Source: Candidatus Woesearchaeota archaeon | Lineage (GTDB): Archaea; Nanobdellota; Nanobdellia; Woesearchaeales; DATGWN01 | Reading direction: 5' to 3' | Assembly: GCA_047603125.1 (NCBI GenBank) | Contig: JBLKOU010000008.1 | Span: forward strand, 1 to 32,539 | DNA length: 32,539 bases | Shown: positions 26,702 to 32,539 of the stretch, piece after piece | How positions within the stretch are numbered: the first letter of the stretch is position 1 | Layout: each line of letters begins with the position of its first letter | The notes under the pieces: generated by a model | Database searches by the model: none | The model's input: only the letters and a program-made list of their open reading frames with translations | Told to the model about the DNA's origin: nothing | Made by a program: the position numbers and the translations under genes

Positions 26702-27738
26702 TTTTTACTCCACCACCGTTTCTTTTTTTTCTTTGGCGGTTCTTTGACCGTTTCAGTCTTTTGTTGTATTATCTCCTCAAAAATTTCATTAAGTGATGGT
26801 TTATTCATTTTTAATTCTAAAATGGGATCTTCAATTTTTTGTGTAACTTGCGTGACAAATTTAATAAATTCAACAGGTTTATGTGTGACAACTTCAAGAC
26901 TATGATGAACTGCCGACATTTCTCGAATGTGTAATGATTTTTTATGCGTTTGTAATTTTTCTTGTAAAATATCATATCGTTGATACTTTGTCATAATCTG
27001 TACCTGATCACCAGGCTGGTATTGTTTTTTTAATTCACTTGGCTTTCCAATATGATCCATTCTTCCTTTATGAATAATGCCGATGCGATCACAGAGTTCA
27101 TCCATTTCATCTAAAAAGTGTGATGATAAAATAATTGTTGTTCCCTTTTGGCTAATTTTTCTGATCAAATGCCACATTTGTTTTCGAAGGGAGGGGTCTA
27201 GATCAGCCGTTGGCTCGTCAAGAATCAGAATTTTTGGGTCATGAATGAGTGCACACGCGATATCTAATCGTTTGAGCATTCCACCAGAAAGTGACTCTGC
27301 CAGATTATTACGAAAATCATATAACCCCATAAGTTTGAGTAAAATTTTTGCATTTGTTATTCTCGCATCTTTTGAAAGGTTATAGAGTGTTCCAAATAAA
27401 TTTAAATTTTCCATTAATGTGAGCTTGTCATAAATCGATGGTCTTTGTGCGGCAAAGCCAATCATTTGCTTTACTTCTTTTGGATGCTTAAGAACATTAC
27501 GATAGACATCCTCTTCTTTAGAAAATGATAATAAATGTGGACTCTTGAATAAAACAGCCCCCTTATTTGGTGCGAGAAAACCAATAAGTTCATTGAGTAA
27601 TGTCGTTTTTCCAGAACCACTCGAACCGATCACACCAAAAATTTCTCCCTGATGTATTTCGACATTGATACCTGAAAGTACCTCCTCTTTTTTGTAGGCC
27701 TTATGTAAATTATCGACCTTTAAAATAACATCACCCAT
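26698..27738 (-). CDS. ABC transporter ATP-binding protein
   Basis: GSSGSGKTT, LSGGM, ILILDEPT, SSH. Confidence 0.95.
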   Translation of the reverse strand: MGDVILKVDNLHKAYKKEEVLSGINVEIHQGEIFGVIGSSGSGKTTLLNELIGFLAPNKGAVLFKSPHLLSFSKEEDVYRNVLKHPKEVKQMIGFAAQRPSIYDKLTLMENLNLFGTLYNLSKDARITNAKILLKLMGLYDFRNNLAESLSGGMLKRLDIACALIHDPKILILDEPTADLDPSLRKQMWHLIRKISQKGTTIILSSHFLDEMDELCDRIGIIHKGRMDHIGKPSELKKQYQPGDQVQIMTKYQRYDILQEKLQTHKKSLHIREMSAVHHSLEVVTHKPVEFIKFVTQVTQKIEDPILELKMNKPSLNEIFEEIIQQKTETVKEPPKKKKKRWWSKK

Positions 27739-27866
27739 ATATTCACATTTAGTTAAATACCCTTTTTAAAGGTTATCTTAGTAAAAAAGTCAAACTTGAA
27801 TGTCACACACGCAAATTCACGCCCCTCAGACCAAGATTTATAAAAAAAAACCTGATCCTGATTTTG

Positions 27867-28250
27867 ATGTTAAAAATTATACTAGACGAGAAAAAACAAA
27901 CCTATTTTCCATTTATTCTTGAGCACATACGAAAAAGAGATATGTTACTGGAAAATGAGCGCCAAATATCAATACGATCTGAAAAAAATGTCTACTCGGA
28001 CACACCATTAGAGTTTATTCTCAAATCTGACTTTCCACATATATTAAAAAATAAAGAGGCAGATATCGCACAGCAAAAAGCATGTATTCTTTGCCCCTAT
28101 CATAAAGAAAAAACAGCTTCTATGAAAGTAACAACAACATTTGCTATTTGTTATGGATGCGGGCATAGGCCATCACCTCTTGAATTTAAAAAAGATATAC
28201 AATACTTGATACGAAAGGGAATCAGAAGATTTTCAGACCAGAATCTTTGA
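27867..28250 (+). CDS. CHC2 zinc-finger protein (DnaG zinc-binding-domain-like)
   Basis: LCPYHKEKTAS...CYGCG. Confidence 0.78.
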   Translation: MLKIILDEKKQTYFPFILEHIRKRDMLLENERQISIRSEKNVYSDTPLEFILKSDFPHILKNKEADIAQQKACILCPYHKEKTASMKVTTTFAICYGCGHRPSPLEFKKDIQYLIRKGIRRFSDQNL

Positions 28251-28316
28251 ACAAACTATTATAATCCTCCTATTTTTAACAAGCTTTAAAAACCATTGGA
28301 AAAAACAGCCTCTTCT

Positions 28317-29549
28317 ATGAGACAAAACTATCAAATTAGGGATCGGCAAATTAATACAGCGCCGATACAAACAGAATTTATTGCAAATCATGCAATTTTA
28401 GAACCTTTAAAAGAAAAAATGACAGCAGTAGCAAGACGAATTCGAACTGCAGTCAATGAAAAACAACGAATTGTTATCAAACATCATAACGATACTGACG
28501 GATTTTGCTCCGGACTAGTTTTAGAACAGGCAATCATCCCCCTTATTGAAGCAGTAAATTTTAAAAAACAAGCTGTTTGGGAAAAATTTAAACGAATGCC
28601 ATCAGTGACACCGTTTCTTAATATCGAAGATGCGACAAAAGACATTGCGCAATTTCTCTTAGTCGGACAACGGTTTCAGGAAGAAAAACCGCTGATTATT
28701 TTAACAGATTTAGGCAGTGGTTCTGAAAACATTTTACCCCTTAAAATGCTCAAAACATTTAATTGTGAAATTATTGTCATTGATCATCATCCTGTTGATC
28801 CAACTGTTCTTGAACTTGTGGATTATCATATTAATCCCATGGAATTTGATGCGCCAAGTTCACTGTGCGCAGGAGTTTTATGTTGTGAAGTTGCAAAAAT
28901 GATTGAAAAAAATGTAGAACGTGTCGAACTTATTTGTGCAATATCCTCATATGCAGATCATGTAGAAACACTCTATGCACAGCCATATTATGATAAAGCA
29001 AATATCCCTTTAGAATATCTCAAACAAATTGGAGATGTTATTGATTTTACAGTATTTAATCTTCGAAACCTTGATGGAAAAGAATTGTTACAAGTCTTAC
29101 TCGGATCAGATGAGAAAAAGCAGCGCGAATTAGTTCAATTACTTGCCAAGGAATTGCAAGTACGAAAAGATAAAATCCTTACACAAGCGCACAATCTTAT
29201 TAGTGAAAAAGAAACACAAGCACATCGTTACATTATTTTACCCATTTCAGAAATATCACTGCGCGATATGTATCCAAGACTAGGAAAAATTGTAGAAATT
29301 GTTCACTCACACTATGGTGAAAAAGAAAAACCACTCATCACAATGGGCATAACATCAAACTCTGTGACATTTCGAGTTGAAGACGGTTCACAATTTAATT
29401 TTCAAACAATGCTTGAACAATTGCAACAAAAAGCACCAGATGCATTTATTGAGGGTGGCGGACATCCATATGCGGGAACATTTCGGTGTCAGGAAGCAAA
29501 GTTTGAAGCTGTCTTCTCGCTTGTGAAAGAATATATTGAGAGTTTGTAA
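28317..29549 (+). CDS. DHH/DHHA1 phosphoesterase (archaeal RecJ-like)
   Basis: HHNDTDG, LTDLGSG, VIDHH, EGGGH..AG; ATG 28317 follows a TATA-like box. Confidence 0.9.
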   Translation: MRQNYQIRDRQINTAPIQTEFIANHAILEPLKEKMTAVARRIRTAVNEKQRIVIKHHNDTDGFCSGLVLEQAIIPLIEAVNFKKQAVWEKFKRMPSVTPFLNIEDATKDIAQFLLVGQRFQEEKPLIILTDLGSGSENILPLKMLKTFNCEIIVIDHHPVDPTVLELVDYHINPMEFDAPSSLCAGVLCCEVAKMIEKNVERVELICAISSYADHVETLYAQPYYDKANIPLEYLKQIGDVIDFTVFNLRNLDGKELLQVLLGSDEKKQRELVQLLAKELQVRKDKILTQAHNLISEKETQAHRYIILPISEISLRDMYPRLGKIVEIVHSHYGEKEKPLITMGITSNSVTFRVEDGSQFNFQTMLEQLQQKAPDAFIEGGGHPYAGTFRCQEAKFEAVFSLVKEYIESL

Positions 29550-29555
29550 ACTCTC
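29538..29555. terminator. Hairpin between convergent genes
   Basis: gagagttt-gt-aaactctc overlapping the DHH gene stop. Confidence 0.35.
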
Positions 29556-29556
29556 T

Positions 29557-30952
29557 TTATGGTTCAAGGGCAACACAATTTGTCGGATTTGAGGCGGGTT
29601 CGCCGACACAGTTAACTGCATCGTCAGTGTAGTTTTACCACTCAAAATTTGGACCAAATGTAGAAATAGGGTCGCCGGTTTTTATACCAATAACGCCACC
29701 AATATTACTTGAACCCGTAATGAAAGCATCTATTGATGAATCAAGGACTCTCTCTGTTAAATCTGTTGTAGATCCCCAGTATTCACCTGTTGCACCTCCA
29801 ACATTATTCACACCGCCAACATTACCTACAAAACTACTATTGATAAGCCTAATTGTATCCACAGAACCAGAAAAACCACCAACGTAATCATTCCCAGTGA
29901 TGTTAGCAATAATTGTAATGTTTTCAAATCGACTATTTCCTTCGTGACCACCGGCACCACCCACATAATCGTTGCCGTAAATATTACCAATAAAAACCGA
30001 ATCATATAACCCATGACTCGCATAACTTCCTGAAAAACCACCAACTTCGTCTCCCCCATAAATGTCAGCCATTACAACATTGTATGAGAAAGAAAAACCA
30101 CTATCCACATGACCTGCAATTCCCCCTGCAAGATGAGATGCAACAGACCAAGTATTTTGCGAAAGCAATGTCCCTATGTAATCTTGACCTTGAACATAAG
30201 AATTAATTAAATTTAGATGGGATATATTAACTGCATTGAATCGTCCAAAAAAACTGACATCGTTTGTAGTACTTCGATTTATATACAACCCATCGATTGT
30301 AAATCCTTGTCCATCAAACGTACCCGTAAATGGATCACCCGCAGTTCCTATCGGCTCCCACCCAGCACCTTCTCGATATTCAGGACAAGCATAAAATGAA
30401 ATATCGTTTTGCAAAGCAAATGATGCAGACAATTCTGTGCGCATCATATCTAAATCATCACAGGAGCAAAGAGGAATTGGGGTTAAACCACTATCAAAAC
30501 AATCATCAACTGGCGTAGGCGCAAAATTAGAAGAACCACCGCCAGGAATTGTTGCAGAAACCCTCCTTGTCGAATCTGAGCCCAATAGGCGCCCAATCAA
30601 TTTTAACATCGGACATCACACTACCTGACGGACAAGTCACTCTGTATCGAGAACCGACATTGAGCGTCACTGGCGTTGATAAACACGATTGTTCCTCTAA
30701 ACTCACACTTAATAGACGGATTGTCTGCGGCTGATTATTGAGCAAAAAAAACGCTATATCATTTCCATCTTCATGGATGTCAACAATTCCAACCTCAAGC
30801 AAGCGCAATTGCGCTGCATCCACCTGCTCGCCAGCACCACCACCTATTCCCGGAATACCACCTAAAGCACCGACGACAATCAACGCAATAATAATAACGA
30901 CTGCTGTAATAACAAGATATTCTGTAGCCGTTTGCGCGTGATAAGAACCCAT
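29557..30952 (-). pseudogene. Disrupted surface protein: class III (pilin-type) signal peptide plus GLUG-repeat domain
   Basis: ORF 30527-30952 has AQTATEYL plus a hydrophobic helix; ORF 29635-30609 has GWEPIG..FTGTFDG.G.TI.GL.I and VGG repeats; removing one base near 30581-30583 joins them; the frame continues past TAA 29635-29637 to 29557. Confidence 0.75.
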
Positions 30953-30993
30953 ACTACAAACAGAGAGGTTATCTTATTTAAAACTTATTAACT

Positions 30994-31229
30994 TATAGTT
31001 TTAGACAGAAGTAAGTTATGTAAAAATCCGTGTGTTCTTCACATTTAGAATTTACTTTTTCTGGGTTTGAAAAGCATATTTTTCTTATTTAGTACCTAAA
31101 GGAGGATTCTAATTATAATGCGGCGATTTTGAAACGGTTGTTCATCTTGCGAATTTCTCCGGCGCGCAACTCCTCGAAATTCTGATTTTTCGCCAAGGCA
31201 TTATAATTTTTTATTGTCGCTAACTATTA
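30994..31229 (+). repeat. Structured intergenic element, family C, with an embedded family A fragment
   Basis: Ends tagttttagaca / tgtcgctaacta; 31111-31229 homologous to 1645-1761; 31057-31073 is an exact reverse complement of 3946-3962. Confidence 0.7.
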
Positions 31230-32342
31230 ATCCTCCCAGGACAAGCGATCCCCGGCTTGGTCTAGGTCTAAGCGATCTTTGTACGGAGTTAAAATAATCT
31301 CTGTAATAAATAAATACAAAACAAAAAATGAAGTAATCACTGCAACATTAGTTAAAACATCAGAAGCAAAATACGGATATACGACCAAAAACGGAATAAG
31401 CACAAGAAGCATAATGACTTGCCGTTTTAGTACGCGCCGATCACGAACATACTTGAGTGCACGAAATGAGAGTGTGAAAATAACAATTCCTAAAATAATT
31501 AGTGGCTCAGTGCTCTTTTGCTCAATCAGACCTTTGAACCCAGAAGCGATACTAATTAACCCTAAAAACAACGGAATATGACTATATAAGAAAATTCGAC
31601 TCTTGCTACTCTCAAACCCAATGATTGATTTTTGAATGAACTGAAAATAGGACCAATATACCATTATGATGGTCAAAACACCTCCTGCAAGAATGTAAAA
31701 TGATGTTCTTGTCAATCCTAATAAATGCATACTCGCAACAAGGGAAATAATAATTTCACCAAGCATGATAACAGTGAGCAACCCCAACCGTTCAGGAAAA
31801 TGCGTGGAATGCATATGCATGCTTGTCGCGCGTGTTTTTGTTAAAATGGGTGTTAAAAAATCAATAGAAAATGCAAGAATCCATAAAACTATAGGAGACG
31901 GTGTTAATGGAGAAACCGCCCATAATACCGCAGATGCTCCATATCCAATCACCATTGGCAAAACAGAAAAAAATTTCATAGGGCTTCGAAAAAAACCACC
32001 AACATACATCAATATAAGTAACGCTCTTGCCGCTGCATAACACCAAGCAAACCCGACCATATGAGGGCCATATGCACCATCTATTTGGATAACCATACCA
32101 AGCACCGCAACCATCTGACCCAGTGTTAGCATATGATACACCCATGATTTACTTTCAAATTGTGTTGAAAAAATCGTATGACCAACCCAAGTCCAAATAA
32201 TTGGTAAAAATAAGAGCATGTATGGAAGAACGCCAAGCAATGTGTCTTGATCTTTCATGACAATTGCAAGTTTATGAGCCGCACCCACAAATACGAGATC
32301 AAAAAAGAGTTCTATCCAAGTAACTTTGCGTGAATTGCCCAT
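31227..32342 (-). CDS. ltrA: Low temperature requirement protein A family membrane protein
   Basis: RKVTWIELFFDLVFV and HFPERLGLLTVIMLGE signatures; multi-TM. Confidence 0.9.
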   Translation of the reverse strand: MGNSRKVTWIELFFDLVFVGAAHKLAIVMKDQDTLLGVLPYMLLFLPIIWTWVGHTIFSTQFESKSWVYHMLTLGQMVAVLGMVIQIDGAYGPHMVGFAWCYAAARALLILMYVGGFFRSPMKFFSVLPMVIGYGASAVLWAVSPLTPSPIVLWILAFSIDFLTPILTKTRATSMHMHSTHFPERLGLLTVIMLGEIIISLVASMHLLGLTRTSFYILAGGVLTIIMVYWSYFQFIQKSIIGFESSKSRIFLYSHIPLFLGLISIASGFKGLIEQKSTEPLIILGIVIFTLSFRALKYVRDRRVLKRQVIMLLVLIPFLVVYPYFASDVLTNVAVITSFFVLYLFITEIILTPYKDRLDLDQAGDRLSWED

Positions 32343-32415
32343 GGATAAATTCTGTAACTGCGAGTTTAAAAAGATTTACACAATACTTATAAGGAAAAAT
32401 CCCTTCTATAGATAT

Positions 32416-32539
32416 ATGGGAACTATATTTGTATGCCCAAAATGTAAAAGTACAGATGTTGTTAATAATTTATCATCTCATTCTATTGCCGTAGGAACAT
32501 TTCAGCACGAGCATAAATGCTTGGATTGCGGGTTTGAAG
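32416..32539 (+). CDS. Zinc-ribbon protein (5' part, runs off the window)
   Basis: MGTIFVCPKCKSTDV...HKCLDCGFE read directly from ATG 32416. Confidence 0.65.
   Translation, partial: MGTIFVCPKCKSTDVVNNLSSHSIAVGTFQHEHKCLDCGFE

Noticed and set aside
29536..29555. ttgagagtttg/aaactctc hairpin as a collapsed family A domain 2
   Set aside because: Short, and partly dictated by the IESL-stop coding sequence; may be coincidence
29635..29637. In-frame TAA as evidence of stop-codon reassignment
   Set aside because: TAA, TAG and TGA all terminate conserved genes at expected positions in this window

Overview
AT-rich archaeal chromosome segment, most consistent with a DPANN (Woesearchaeota-like) genome. 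Support: archaeal aIF2-gamma, archaeal-type LeuRS, DUF357, Fap7/AK6-like kinase, NIP7/PUA protein, a class III signal peptide, and TATA boxes about 21-25 nt before many start codons; standard genetic code. Bacterial-type genes (pgk, lgt, nucleotidyltransferase, ltrA) are interspersed. Two things stand out. (1) Several intergenic gaps hold a set of modular, highly structured non-coding repeats with compensatory base changes, shared or nested modules and IS200/IS605-like hairpins; no transposase is present in the window. (2) A tandem array at 19.6-23.3 kb holds two membrane-anchored serpins with different reactive-centre loops, alternating with three small two-TM proteins that have near-constant ends and a swapped central loop. 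Also present: a Lys-rich histone-H1/Hc2-like repeat protein, a hicBA toxin-antitoxin pair, three tandem paralogous membrane proteins, and a disrupted pilin-signal/GLUG surface protein. No rRNA, tRNA or CRISPR array was seen. All calls come from manual reading; no database searches were run.
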